NCBI GenBank assembly: GCA_016187745.1
Contig: JACPJC010000003.1
Coordinates: 1-64,000, forward strand
Length of the DNA: 64,000 nucleotides
Reading direction: 5' to 3'
Source of the DNA: Candidatus Iainarchaeum sp.
Lineage (GTDB): Archaea > Iainarchaeota > Iainarchaeia > Iainarchaeales > JAXPJC01
The position numbers and the translations under genes are program-made. Positions 8,581-17,598 of this stretch are shown in pieces. The notes under the pieces were generated by a model that was not told the DNA's origin, did not search any database, and saw only the letters and a list, made by a program, of their open reading frames with translations. Every line of letters starts with the position of its first letter. Position 1 is the first letter of the stretch.

Positions 8581-9942
8581 ATGAATGTTTTGCTGCTGCA
8601 TCCGCAGTTTGAGATTTACTTTACGCATGAGGCGCCCATTGGGCTGGCTTACCTGCAGGCTGTTCTGCGCGAAAGGCATAATGTGAAAATCCTTGACAAT
8701 AATGTGCTTAATTTGCCGATTGAGAAAATTGTGCAGGAGGCGAAGAAGGCTGATGCTGTGGGGATTTCAGTTACTACCCCTACCTTTGCAACAGTGCGCG
8801 CAATAGCAAATGCAATAAAGCAGGAAACTGATGTGCCAATAATTGTCGGGGGAGCGCATGCAACAATTGACCCCAAAGGATGCCTGGAGTTTGCTGATTA
8901 TGCAGTGTGCGGGGAAGCGGAATATACTTTCCCTAAATTGATTGATGCGCTTGAGAGCGGAAATAAAAAGGCGCTCGGGAAAATCGCGGGGCTTGCATAT
9001 ATTGATAAAAAGGGAAAATTTGTGAGGAAGAAAAATGCGCTCATTGAGAATCTGGATGAGCTGCCCTTTCCGGACTGGAGCGGATTCCCATTGGAAAAAT
9101 ACGGGAGCGTATTGCGCACTTCCGGAAGAAGCCTTCCGATTGTAACATCGCGCGGGTGCCCGTATAATTGCATTTATTGCTTCAAGGGATTGTTCGGAAG
9201 GCGCTTCCGTGCGAGAAGCCCTGAAAATGTGATTGCTGAATTGAAGTATTTGAAGGAGAAATTCCACATAAAGGAATTCCAGGTGGCGGATGACGCGTTT
9301 GCAACAAATCCCCGGCGCGCAATTGAGATATGCAGGAAAATTGCTGAAAACGGATTGAGCATGCCATGGAGCCTGCCGAATGGAATTAGAGTAGGCAGCA
9401 TTACGGATGAGCTTGCGTACTGGATGAAGCGCTCGGGGCTGCAGTACGCTGGGCTTGGAATTGAATCCGGGAACCAGCGCATACTCAACAGGATTGATAA
9501 GCAGCAAACGCTGGAGCAGGTAAGAAAGGGAGTCGCGCTGCTGAAAAAGCACAAAATAACAACTGTGGGATTCTTCATGTTTGGATTGCCCGAGGATACG
9601 GAAGAAACAATGCGCGACACTGTTGAATTTGCAAAATCACTGGATTTGGATTATTATTCAATATCAATGACTACCCCCTATCCGGGAACAAGGCTATATG
9701 ATGAGCTGCTCTCAGGGAAGGGAAGCCTTCTCACAAAAACCCCAGAGGATTTGTTCAGCCTCGGGAGCAAGGCAAAGTACATGATGCCGGGAATGGCCTC
9801 GGCGCAAAGGACGGAAGAGCTTTATAAAAAGGCAAGGCTTGAATTATTGCTAAGACCCAAAACCATACTGCGCACGCTGAAGCACCCGAAGCGCCTTATT
9901 GCCGGCGCAAAGGTCGCATACAAATGGATTGTGAAAACATGA
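8581..9942 (+). CDS. Cobalamin-dependent radical SAM protein
   Basis: N-terminal B12-binding domain (PIGLAYL, GGAHAT, GEAE); SRGCPYNCIYC; GIESG; PYPGT. Confidence 0.92.
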   Translation: MNVLLLHPQFEIYFTHEAPIGLAYLQAVLRERHNVKILDNNVLNLPIEKIVQEAKKADAVGISVTTPTFATVRAIANAIKQETDVPIIVGGAHATIDPKGCLEFADYAVCGEAEYTFPKLIDALESGNKKALGKIAGLAYIDKKGKFVRKKNALIENLDELPFPDWSGFPLEKYGSVLRTSGRSLPIVTSRGCPYNCIYCFKGLFGRRFRARSPENVIAELKYLKEKFHIKEFQVADDAFATNPRRAIEICRKIAENGLSMPWSLPNGIRVGSITDELAYWMKRSGLQYAGLGIESGNQRILNRIDKQQTLEQVRKGVALLKKHKITTVGFFMFGLPEDTEETMRDTVEFAKSLDLDYYSISMTTPYPGTRLYDELLSGKGSLLTKTPEDLFSLGSKAKYMMPGMASAQRTEELYKKARLELLLRPKTILRTLKHPKRLIAGAKVAYKWIVKT

Positions 9943-10511
9943 AAAGTGAAAGGGTTAATTACATCAGGAAAAATATGTTCGGAAAAATCCTTGACATTGG
10001 CGCGAACCAGGGGCTGCTGCACAGGATGATTGATGATGGGAAGATGATTGGGCTGGATATTGTAGTTAGCAATTATTCAAAGCGCATGGTGCGGGGAAGC
10101 GCGGAAAAAATGCCCTTCAGGGAAAGTTCATTTGATACGGTTGTTGCGGGGGAGGTGCTTGAGCATCTGCCGCATCCGGAGAAGTTCATGCGGGAATGCG
10201 CAAGGGTTCTGCGGAGCGGGGGGATTGTAATTATCAGCACGCCGAACAGGAATGCGCTGATAAATAGACTGCTGCACAAATTTGACTGCGCGCGCACTTC
10301 GGAAGTTGATTACCACAGGCATGTTTTTACGGAAGAGGAATTAAAAACACTTGCCTCGAAATATTTTAATGTTGAGGAATTCTCATATCTGGCATATGAT
10401 GAAATTGCAAGCCCCGAGGGAGGGGGATTTTATTTCATAAGGAAAATCCTGAATTCTGTTCTGCCAAGGAATTTGCGCGAGGAAATGATCGTTAAATTGA
10501 GGAAGAAATAA
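9939..10511 (+). CDS. Class I SAM-dependent methyltransferase
   Basis: ILDIGANQG, PFRESSFD, EVLEHL, RVLRSGG, STPN; ATGA overlap with the upstream gene. Confidence 0.88.
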   Translation: MKSERVNYIRKNMFGKILDIGANQGLLHRMIDDGKMIGLDIVVSNYSKRMVRGSAEKMPFRESSFDTVVAGEVLEHLPHPEKFMRECARVLRSGGIVIISTPNRNALINRLLHKFDCARTSEVDYHRHVFTEEELKTLASKYFNVEEFSYLAYDEIASPEGGGFYFIRKILNSVLPRNLREEMIVKLRKK

Positions 10512-10526
10512 GGGGAAAGTGGAAAA

Positions 10527-11945
10527 ATGAATATTGTGTTTCTGAATCCGCCGTTTTTCGGCTCATTCAACAGGGAAGTGCGCTTTCAGGCTGTAAGCCC
10601 GCAGAAGGCGCTTCATCCGCCGATAATACTTGCATATGCGGCTGCTGTTTGCAGGGAGGCCGGGCATAAAGTGGACTTAATAGATGCGCCTGCGCTTGAA
10701 TTGGATGAGGAGAAAACACTCCAAAGGATTGCAAAGTTCGGGCCTGAACTGGCTGTAATGCTCACTTCTACGGCGAGCGTAATAAGCGATGGGAAAATCG
10801 CAAGGAAAATTTCGGAAGAAACAGGCGCGAAAACCATTGCTGTAGGGGTGCATGCAAGCTCTGTGCCTGAGGATACATTGCATAAGGGATTTGACATTGT
10901 TGCGCGCGGGGAATATGATTATACAATACGCGATCTTGCAAACGGGATTGCGCTGAACAAAATTCTGGGACTTTCTTACAAAAAGGGGGGTAGGATTATA
11001 CATAACAAGCCAAGGCCTTTAATCAAGAATTTGGATGAGCTGCCGTTCCCTGCGCGCGATTTACTGCCTAATGAGAAATACTATTCGGCGCTCTACAAGA
11101 ATCCATTCACTTTCATTGATGCGGGGCGTGGATGCCCGATGCAGTGCATTTTCTGCGCAATGCCGCAGGTTATGTTCGGGCGCACTTACAGAATGAGAAG
11201 CCCGGAGAAGGTTGTTTCGGAATTGAAGCACATAAGGAAGGATTTCCCTAAACTGCGCAGCGTGCTTTTCAATGATGATACCCTTACTGTAAATAAGGCA
11301 AATGCGATGAAACTGTGCGAGTTAATAATTAAGGAAAAAATAAATCTGCCCTGGGGCTGCTATTCAAGGGTTGATACGATTGATGAGGAGCTTGCGCACA
11401 AAATGAAGGAGGCGGGCTGCTTCCTTGTGAAGATTGGCTTTGAATCGGGATGCGATGAACTGCTGAAAAGCATGAAGAAGGGGCCGAATGCGACAACAGC
11501 GCAGGCGCGCAGGGCGGCAAGGATATTTGAGGATGCGGGAATTCAGGTCCATGGGACATTTGTTTTCGGGATGCCCGGAGAGACCAAAGAAACAATTGCA
11601 AAAACAATAGAGTTTGCGAAGGAACTGGATATTGATTTTGTGCAGTTCTCTGTTGCGCAGCCATATCCGGGAACTGAGTTTTATGATTACTTGAAAAAGC
11701 GCAATCTCCTGAAATTCGATTCATGGAGCGAGTTCATTGATGAGGAGGGCTGCATCGCCCCGATATTTGAATATGAGAACCTCACAAGGGAAGACCTGGA
11801 CAGGGCGCTGCACGCGGCGTACAAGGCGTATTACCTGAGGCCGGAATACATCCTGAAGGCAATAAGGCAGAGGCTCACAAACCCGGAGTTATTGAAAACA
11901 TCGTTCAGGAGCGCGCTGAACCTTCTCAAATACATGAAATCATAG
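10527..11945 (+). CDS. Cobalamin-dependent radical SAM protein
   Basis: B12-binding domain; GRGCPMQCIFC; GFESG; PYPGT. Confidence 0.92.
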   Translation: MNIVFLNPPFFGSFNREVRFQAVSPQKALHPPIILAYAAAVCREAGHKVDLIDAPALELDEEKTLQRIAKFGPELAVMLTSTASVISDGKIARKISEETGAKTIAVGVHASSVPEDTLHKGFDIVARGEYDYTIRDLANGIALNKILGLSYKKGGRIIHNKPRPLIKNLDELPFPARDLLPNEKYYSALYKNPFTFIDAGRGCPMQCIFCAMPQVMFGRTYRMRSPEKVVSELKHIRKDFPKLRSVLFNDDTLTVNKANAMKLCELIIKEKINLPWGCYSRVDTIDEELAHKMKEAGCFLVKIGFESGCDELLKSMKKGPNATTAQARRAARIFEDAGIQVHGTFVFGMPGETKETIAKTIEFAKELDIDFVQFSVAQPYPGTEFYDYLKKRNLLKFDSWSEFIDEEGCIAPIFEYENLTREDLDRALHAAYKAYYLRPEYILKAIRQRLTNPELLKTSFRSALNLLKYMKS

Positions 11946-11955
11946 GGGGCGGAGA

Positions 11956-12435
11956 ATGCGCGTTAAATTCGGAAGAAAAACATTGGGCGTTATCTGCATT
12001 ATTGCAGCAATTGCAATAATACTTTCTTCTGCAGTTCTCGGGCCGAATGCGCAGTATTCCCTTCCCTACATCCCCGAATCAGTTTATTTTTCGAATTTGC
12101 AGGAATATGCGGGAAAGGAAGTTTACATTACCGCATCAATTGCAGGAATAAACGGGAATTCAATTGCATTTGAAAATAATGCCGGGGAAAAAATTGCTGC
12201 TGAACTGCAGAACCCGGAAGAGGCGGAAAAGGGCGGGCTTGTTTTCCTTTCAATAAATTACAATGCGCAATCGGATTCGTTCTCGGGAAAAATCCTCTAC
12301 AGGTATGAGGACAAGGCGCTGCGCGAATTCATTTCAATTATCGGGCTGATTGTACTGATTGTTTATCTGGGAAGGGTCGCGAAATTCGATTTGCGCAGGC
12401 TCAAATTGGTTGTAGGGGGCAGGAAAAATGCCTGA
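11956..12435 (+). CDS. Hypothetical membrane-anchored protein (N- and C-terminal TMs, possible OB-fold)
   Basis: Operonic position, two hydrophobic segments, 'YAGKEVYITASI'. Confidence 0.6.
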   Translation: MRVKFGRKTLGVICIIAAIAIILSSAVLGPNAQYSLPYIPESVYFSNLQEYAGKEVYITASIAGINGNSIAFENNAGEKIAAELQNPEEAEKGGLVFLSINYNAQSDSFSGKILYRYEDKALREFISIIGLIVLIVYLGRVAKFDLRRLKLVVGGRKNA

Positions 12436-12916
12436 CTGGATTGCGCACCTGGGATTTGCTTTCCTTCTTGCATATGCGCTTAAAATAAGGCGCAAGGAGC
12501 TGGTAGTAATAGGCGCGCTTATTCCCGATATTGTGAGGGTATTCGAGTTTTTGCCCATATTCGGGGATTTAACATTCTTTGCGGCGCTTCCGTTCCACGG
12601 GCTGCTGCTTCCGCTTTTCATTTCAGGAACCATATGCGCGTTTTTCATTGGGGGGATTTCATGCAAAAAGGGCCTTGCGCTGATGTATCTGGGGGTTTTA
12701 ACGCACTTGTTCCTTGACGGGCTGATGCTTTACACTGTTGCAGGAGCAAGGCTGTTTATTCCTTTCTCCTTTGAGCGCTTTGGGCTGCTGAATATTGTGC
12801 CTTCCGAGGACTTCTCGCTGGCAATCCTTGCTGTTGTGATAATTGCAGTTGTTGTGATTTATGAATTGCTGAAAAGGAAGCAGTCAAAGGGCGCTGAACA
12901 AATGAAAGGCAATTAG
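12428..12916 (+). CDS. Metal-dependent hydrolase-like membrane protein (YdjM/DUF457-like)
   Basis: MPDWIAH, GALIPDI, FHG, THLFLD motifs. Confidence 0.75.
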   Translation: MPDWIAHLGFAFLLAYALKIRRKELVVIGALIPDIVRVFEFLPIFGDLTFFAALPFHGLLLPLFISGTICAFFIGGISCKKGLALMYLGVLTHLFLDGLMLYTVAGARLFIPFSFERFGLLNIVPSEDFSLAILAVVIIAVVVIYELLKRKQSKGAEQMKGN

Positions 12917-12983
12917 GCTATGGAGATATGTGTTAGGTGAATTAAGCGCTCCCGGAAGAAATATTAAGTAAAAAGAATTAAGT

Positions 12984-13568
12984 ATGTTGGGATTGGATAG
13001 GGTGATGCTGATGGATGCTGGCCAAAAAATAGAATGCGGGATATGCGGCAAGGCATTCAACAGTGATGAAGCCCTTGCAATGCACACAAAGGCAAAACAC
13101 AATCGGCCCGAAAAGAGACAATTGTTTGCCCCTCATGCGCAGAAGAAAATAAGGAACATTGCATTTATTCTCATTGCAATAATCGCAATCGGCTTTGTCA
13201 TATTCTATGCAATTTCAGGCATAAAAATTCTGCCGCCAATAGATATTTCAGGCCATGTAGAGGAAAGCCCTGCAAGCCATGTGCTCAGGGAGCCAATGCC
13301 GATTGCAGTGCAGAAACACATGCTTGAGCATGCGGATGGGGAAGGCAGGCCTGGCGTGGTGATAAATTACAATTGTGAAAATTTTGCATGCGAGCCCGCC
13401 CTGATAGCAAAACTTGAGGCATTTGCGCAAAGATATGATTATGTCTATGTCGCCCCTTTCACCAATATGAGTGTAAAGATAGCACTTACAAAACTCGGCA
13501 ATATAGAAACGATGGGCGAGTATGATGAAAAACTCATAGAGGCATTTATTCTCGGGCAAGTCAGCTAA
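12984..13568 (+). CDS. C2H2 zinc-finger, TM and extracellular DUF3105-like domain protein
   Basis: CGIC-x12-HTKAKH, one TM, HMLEH..GVVINYNC. Confidence 0.65.
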   Translation: MLGLDRVMLMDAGQKIECGICGKAFNSDEALAMHTKAKHNRPEKRQLFAPHAQKKIRNIAFILIAIIAIGFVIFYAISGIKILPPIDISGHVEESPASHVLREPMPIAVQKHMLEHADGEGRPGVVINYNCENFACEPALIAKLEAFAQRYDYVYVAPFTNMSVKIALTKLGNIETMGEYDEKLIEAFILGQVS

Positions 13569-13614
13569 TAAAGCCAAGCCGCCTCCGCTTTTCAGGGCAT
13601 ATCCTTTTAAATAT

Positions 13615-13633
13615 TACAATGTATTACATTGTA
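13615..13633. promoter_or_regulatory. Palindromic operator TACAATGTA-t-TACATTGTA between the TATA box and the RHH start
   Basis: Perfect 9-bp inverted repeat immediately after TTTTAAATA and before ATG 13636. Confidence 0.6.
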
Positions 13634-13635
13634 TT

Positions 13636-13926
13636 ATGGAAAGCATTTGCATAAGGGTAGAGAAGCCTGTTGCTGAGGAAATTGAAAAATGCATGCGCAA
13701 ATTTCACTACAGCACCAAGACTGAATTCATAAGGGAAGCCTTGCGCGACAAGCTGAAGGAAATTGAGGAAAAGGAAAAGAAAGAAGCATGGGAGAAATTA
13801 TTTGCGCTGCGTGGCGCATTCAAAGGGATGGAAAAAGCGCAGACAGATGAAGAGTGGCATAAGCTTAAGGAAAAGGCAGGAATGGAATTTATAAAAAAAA
13901 TGGAAAAGAAATTCAATCAAAAATGA
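13636..13926 (+). CDS. Ribbon-helix-helix (CopG-like) protein, putative antitoxin
   Basis: SICIRVEKPVAEEIEK...YSTKTEFIREALRDKL. Confidence 0.8.
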   Translation: MESICIRVEKPVAEEIEKCMRKFHYSTKTEFIREALRDKLKEIEEKEKKEAWEKLFALRGAFKGMEKAQTDEEWHKLKEKAGMEFIKKMEKKFNQK

Positions 13927-14335
13927 TTTGTTCAGGCATTCTGATTTCTGCAATATCCCTTAAATAGTCGAAGTGCCTGTCCCTCGTAATCAATACTGCA
14001 CTATTGTCTCTTGCAAATATTGCATGCAATATATCGGGCTGTGGGGCTTCTTTAATTTTTGATGCAAGCATTTTTGATTCCAAAAGCTGATTAGAAGAAA
14101 GTTCAGCAATTACAAGCAATTCCTTAAATGGATTAAGCATTTCCATTATCTTTTCTTCAGAATATTTTTCCCTGAGTTCTGATAGTATAAGCTCTGAATA
14201 CAGGATCTTGCATTTGTTCGTTTCGCAGTTTTTCAGAAACCTGAACGCAAACTCCCCTAATGGCCTTATCCCGTCGCTTCTATCCTCAAAGTAATCTCTC
14301 CGCACGGAAGTATCAACATAAAACCTTCTTTCCAT
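13913..14335 (-). CDS. PIN-domain (VapC-like) ribonuclease
   Basis: YVDTS, SELILSEL, DILHAIFA, LITRDRHF. Confidence 0.88.
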   Translation of the reverse strand: MERRFYVDTSVRRDYFEDRSDGIRPLGEFAFRFLKNCETNKCKILYSELILSELREKYSEEKIMEMLNPFKELLVIAELSSNQLLESKMLASKIKEAPQPDILHAIFARDNSAVLITRDRHFDYLRDIAEIRMPEQIIFD

Positions 14336-14387
14336 GCAATAATAGAATAGCGAACTCCTTTTAACTATTTAGTCAATTAGCGTATAG

Positions 14388-15068
14388 TCATTGAGCCTCT
14401 TCAAGCCCTGCTGCTGCGCATTCCCCGGCATACTGGCAGCTCTTGCACTGCCAGGCCATTGCGCCAACAAGCTTTGCCTCCGCCCCCGGAAGCCTGTTTT
14501 CTGCAAGATGGCTATGCAAATCCCTGAAGCGCGAGAGCGCATGCTCGGCTTTCTGCGCATCATATTCAATCTCAAACCACTTGCTCTGGAGGGTGTTTTT
14601 CTCCACATAGAGTATTATGCCATTATGGACCCCCATCTGGCGCATATAAATTTGCAATTGCATAACGTGCCCTTCGGAGGGCTCTTTTGTGTATTTCAGC
14701 GCCGAGGTTGATTTCACTTCCACAATGTACTGCTTTCCTGCAATTTTCACAAGGATTATGTCATCAATCCTGCCCGAGATTGTTATTTCGCCTTCGGTAA
14801 AGCGGAATGGCACTTCTGCCCCAAGAAGCTCAACTTCCGCGTTCCTCTCGCTTTTTATAACATCAACAACAAAATCGTGAATCATGTTCCCTGCCTCAAA
14901 CACCTTGATCAGTTCCTTGTCAACTTCTTTCGGGGATTTGTAGGAATACCATGATTTGCGCATGCAGCTTCCTGCTTCAGAGGGGTAATAGCGCCCTATC
15001 TCCTTCGGGCGCAGCTCCTGCCTCAGGAAATTCCCAATCATTTCGTTGAAATCAAGCATTTTTATCAC
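14388..15068 (-). CDS. Cas4-like PD-(D/E)XK nuclease with a 4-Cys Fe-S motif (solo, no CRISPR locus)
   Basis: PSEAGSCMRK, GNMIH, GRIDD, VEVKS, QLQIY, CKSCQYAGEC. Confidence 0.85.
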   Translation of the reverse strand: MIKMLDFNEMIGNFLRQELRPKEIGRYYPSEAGSCMRKSWYSYKSPKEVDKELIKVFEAGNMIHDFVVDVIKSERNAEVELLGAEVPFRFTEGEITISGRIDDIILVKIAGKQYIVEVKSTSALKYTKEPSEGHVMQLQIYMRQMGVHNGIILYVEKNTLQSKWFEIEYDAQKAEHALSRFRDLHSHLAENRLPGAEAKLVGAMAWQCKSCQYAGECAAAGLEEAQ

Positions 15069-15095
15069 GGTGTAGGTGCGGAAGCCAACTTTAAT

Positions 15096-16058
15096 TCACT
15101 TCAAATAAATGCCCCTTCCCAGCTTCTTTGAATAAACCCTGAAATCCTCTGTTTTGGTTTCCTTTTTTATTTTGACGAACTGGTCAACCTTTGAGTCCAT
15201 CTCATCCGCATAATAAACTGCGGCAGCCTCAGGGAAGCTGGGTTCCTGCGGGCTTCCGTATTCATTTGCGCCGTGATGGCTGAGCAGCATGTGCGCGACT
15301 TTTATTTTCAATTCGTTAGGAAAATCCCTTATGCCCCTTATGCGCGCAAGGACTGCCTCCTCCCCCAGGGCGATATGGCCGCGCAGCATCCCCTCCTCGG
15401 TCTGCTTTATGTTTGTGCCGATGCTGAATTCCGAGATTTTTCCAATATCGTGCAGAATTGCGCCTGAAATCAGAAGGTCCCTGTCAAGCGCGGGGTAAAT
15501 CCTGCATATTTCCCTGCATAATTTGAGGACATGGGAAGTGTGCTCAATCAGGCCGCCGATTGTTGCATGGTGCATGTACATTGCAGCAGGGGCGCTCTTG
15601 AACTGCGCCATGAATTCGGAATCATTGAAAAAGGCTTCCATCAATCTGCGCAGAAATTCATTCTTCATTCCCCTTATTTCAGCAAGCATTTCCCCTGCAA
15701 GCTTTTCGGAATCCTCAGCGCTCTTCTCAACAAAGTCAGCAATGTCAAATTCAGAAATTTTCCTGATGCTTCCCGCGCCCTCATTTATGTGGATTTCGGC
15801 AACTCCCCTGAAGGCGCTTGTTTTCCCATCGACCTCAATTACATCGCCCTCCCTGAATTCCCTGTAGAGCGCCTCAACCTTTTCCTTATCAGTTCCGCCC
15901 CAGTACTTCAATTCAATTTCGCCGGTGCGGTCTGCAAGCCCGAGCTCAAAGCGGAACCCGTTCTTGTAAGCCTCGGGGGGATGCCTGTATTTGACAGAAA
16001 AGGCGCTGTTTACGGCATCGCCTTCCTTGAGGCCTGAAATGAATTGTGATTTTGGCAT
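15096..16058 (-). CDS. YhaM-family 3'-5' exoribonuclease (OB-fold and HD domain)
   Basis: LADRTGEI, APAA..MHHA..GGLIEH, LHDIGK, SHHG..EYGSP, ADEMDS. Confidence 0.88.
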   Translation of the reverse strand: MPKSQFISGLKEGDAVNSAFSVKYRHPPEAYKNGFRFELGLADRTGEIELKYWGGTDKEKVEALYREFREGDVIEVDGKTSAFRGVAEIHINEGAGSIRKISEFDIADFVEKSAEDSEKLAGEMLAEIRGMKNEFLRRLMEAFFNDSEFMAQFKSAPAAMYMHHATIGGLIEHTSHVLKLCREICRIYPALDRDLLISGAILHDIGKISEFSIGTNIKQTEEGMLRGHIALGEEAVLARIRGIRDFPNELKIKVAHMLLSHHGANEYGSPQEPSFPEAAAVYYADEMDSKVDQFVKIKKETKTEDFRVYSKKLGRGIYLK

Positions 16059-16469
16059 ATCTCAATCCCCAGCAAAATAAGTATTATTGCAAAATGTTTT
16101 TAAGTTACATGGGGCGCGCAATTCCGGCTGACGAAAGCCAGTTAGACAGGTTTAGGCAAAAAACGAAAAACATAATAACAACAAAATCCACAATATTTAT
16201 GGAAACCAGCGGAGGTGTTACCAATGGAAACTATAGAACCGGACAAGAAATTATACCCACATCAATGGGGCAATTTCCACAACAGAGTTCCAGGGGCTTC
16301 ACTTCCAGAATCGCCGCAGCAGTCCAGTTCACAACCGCGCTCATAACAATATATCTCCTAGTTTTCCAGCGCATTACGGCGCTTGAAATAGCGCTGTTCT
16401 TTCTCCTCGGCTATGCGATCCACAAATGAGGCAGGCGGGCAGAACAAAACCGGCAACAGCCCGCAGCGC

Positions 16470-16510
16470 AGCAGAAGCCCTTCGGAAGGATTCCCCCTTC
16501 TGCTTTTTTT
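16470..16510 (+). terminator. Hairpin followed by a T7 tract
   Basis: AGCAGAAG...CTTCTGCT pairing followed by TTTTTT. Confidence 0.5.
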
Positions 16511-16588
16511 GACGGCGCAGGGGCGGAAGCGGACTGCAAAATGACTAAATGAGAGTTATTTTGAAGGCATAGGATTTTCATGCAATGG

Positions 16589-17551
16589 TTAAAATGCAGG
16601 CGCATCCAATGACAAGAACCTTATCAGGTCAGTCCGGCCTGATTCAATCAATTTCTTTTTTATTGCCTGCCTATATTCGAAATTATTGCGTATTCTTTTA
16701 AAAGCGATGAACAAATCTCTTGTAGCGGGAATTTCCTTAGCCCCGGACATTTCCCTGAATTTCCTGTTGTGCGCAAGAATAAACTGAAAATCCTCATAGC
16801 CCGATGCGGGCATTCTGCCCCCGTACTGTTTTACTGTCTTTCCGCCGAGGATTAGATAATTCTGAACAAAATGCAGCAGGCTGAGAGTCTTAGGCTCAAA
16901 CCGTCTTCCTTTTGGTTTCCACGGCTCAGGCAGATCCTGAATGATCTTTTTCAGGGTTGCTATCACATCTGCAATTTCTCGTTTTTTCAGCTGTTCAAAT
17001 CTAACTCTTGCCATAATGCCTTCGCGCCCAGGCGCCCTTAACGCAGGAAATACTGCCCATTTATATCTTTCCCTTGTTTCAGGTTTTATAATCTTTGCAG
17101 GGAACTCTTCGGCCCCCTTCGCAGCAAGCCTTTTGAGAAGTATGCCTTCGCCTTTAATGTCCTTGATGGAATTCAAGAAATACACTTCTATCGGGGTTCC
17201 ATACCTTCTCTCGAATAAATGTTTTATTTCATCGATTTTGTATAATTGCGCAGAATTCGGCTTTTTGCCGATTATTGCAATATCAATATCTTTTTCATGC
17301 GCAGCCATCCCTGATGCTGTTGAGCCGATAAGGTAGATTGCCTTAGTCTTATTGCCAAGAATTGAAGGCAGTTTTTTTGCATAATATTCTGCTATTCTCT
17401 TCTTGAATTTATTCGGGTCTTTTATTGCAAGAAGCCTTGGGCTTGGCCTTTTTACATTTAGCAATTCCGAAAGTTGCCTTCTCTCCAGGTTGGTGGTTAC
17501 TGGAACAGCCCCCCATTGACTGCTTTTTCTGAGTCCCTTTGGCAGCCCCAT
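16589..17551 (-). CDS. Minimal nucleotidyltransferase (MNT) domain protein with a C-terminal helical extension
   Basis: IYLIGSTASG...DIDIAII (GS-x10-DxD). Confidence 0.7.
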   Translation of the reverse strand: MGLPKGLRKSSQWGAVPVTTNLERRQLSELLNVKRPSPRLLAIKDPNKFKKRIAEYYAKKLPSILGNKTKAIYLIGSTASGMAAHEKDIDIAIIGKKPNSAQLYKIDEIKHLFERRYGTPIEVYFLNSIKDIKGEGILLKRLAAKGAEEFPAKIIKPETRERYKWAVFPALRAPGREGIMARVRFEQLKKREIADVIATLKKIIQDLPEPWKPKGRRFEPKTLSLLHFVQNYLILGGKTVKQYGGRMPASGYEDFQFILAHNRKFREMSGAKEIPATRDLFIAFKRIRNNFEYRQAIKKKLIESGRTDLIRFLSLDAPAF

Positions 17552-17598
17552 AAAAGAAATATAACAATACCCTAATTAATTCCTTACTGTTGTTTAAG

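Noticed and set aside
16126-16170. Hammerhead ribozyme suggested by CTGACGA
   Set aside because: No correctly placed stem II-GAAA or stems I and III could be built
14388-16588. CRISPR-Cas locus suggested by the Cas4-like and HD genes
   Set aside because: No repeat-spacer array and no cas1, cas2 or effector genes seen; the HD protein has YhaM architecture
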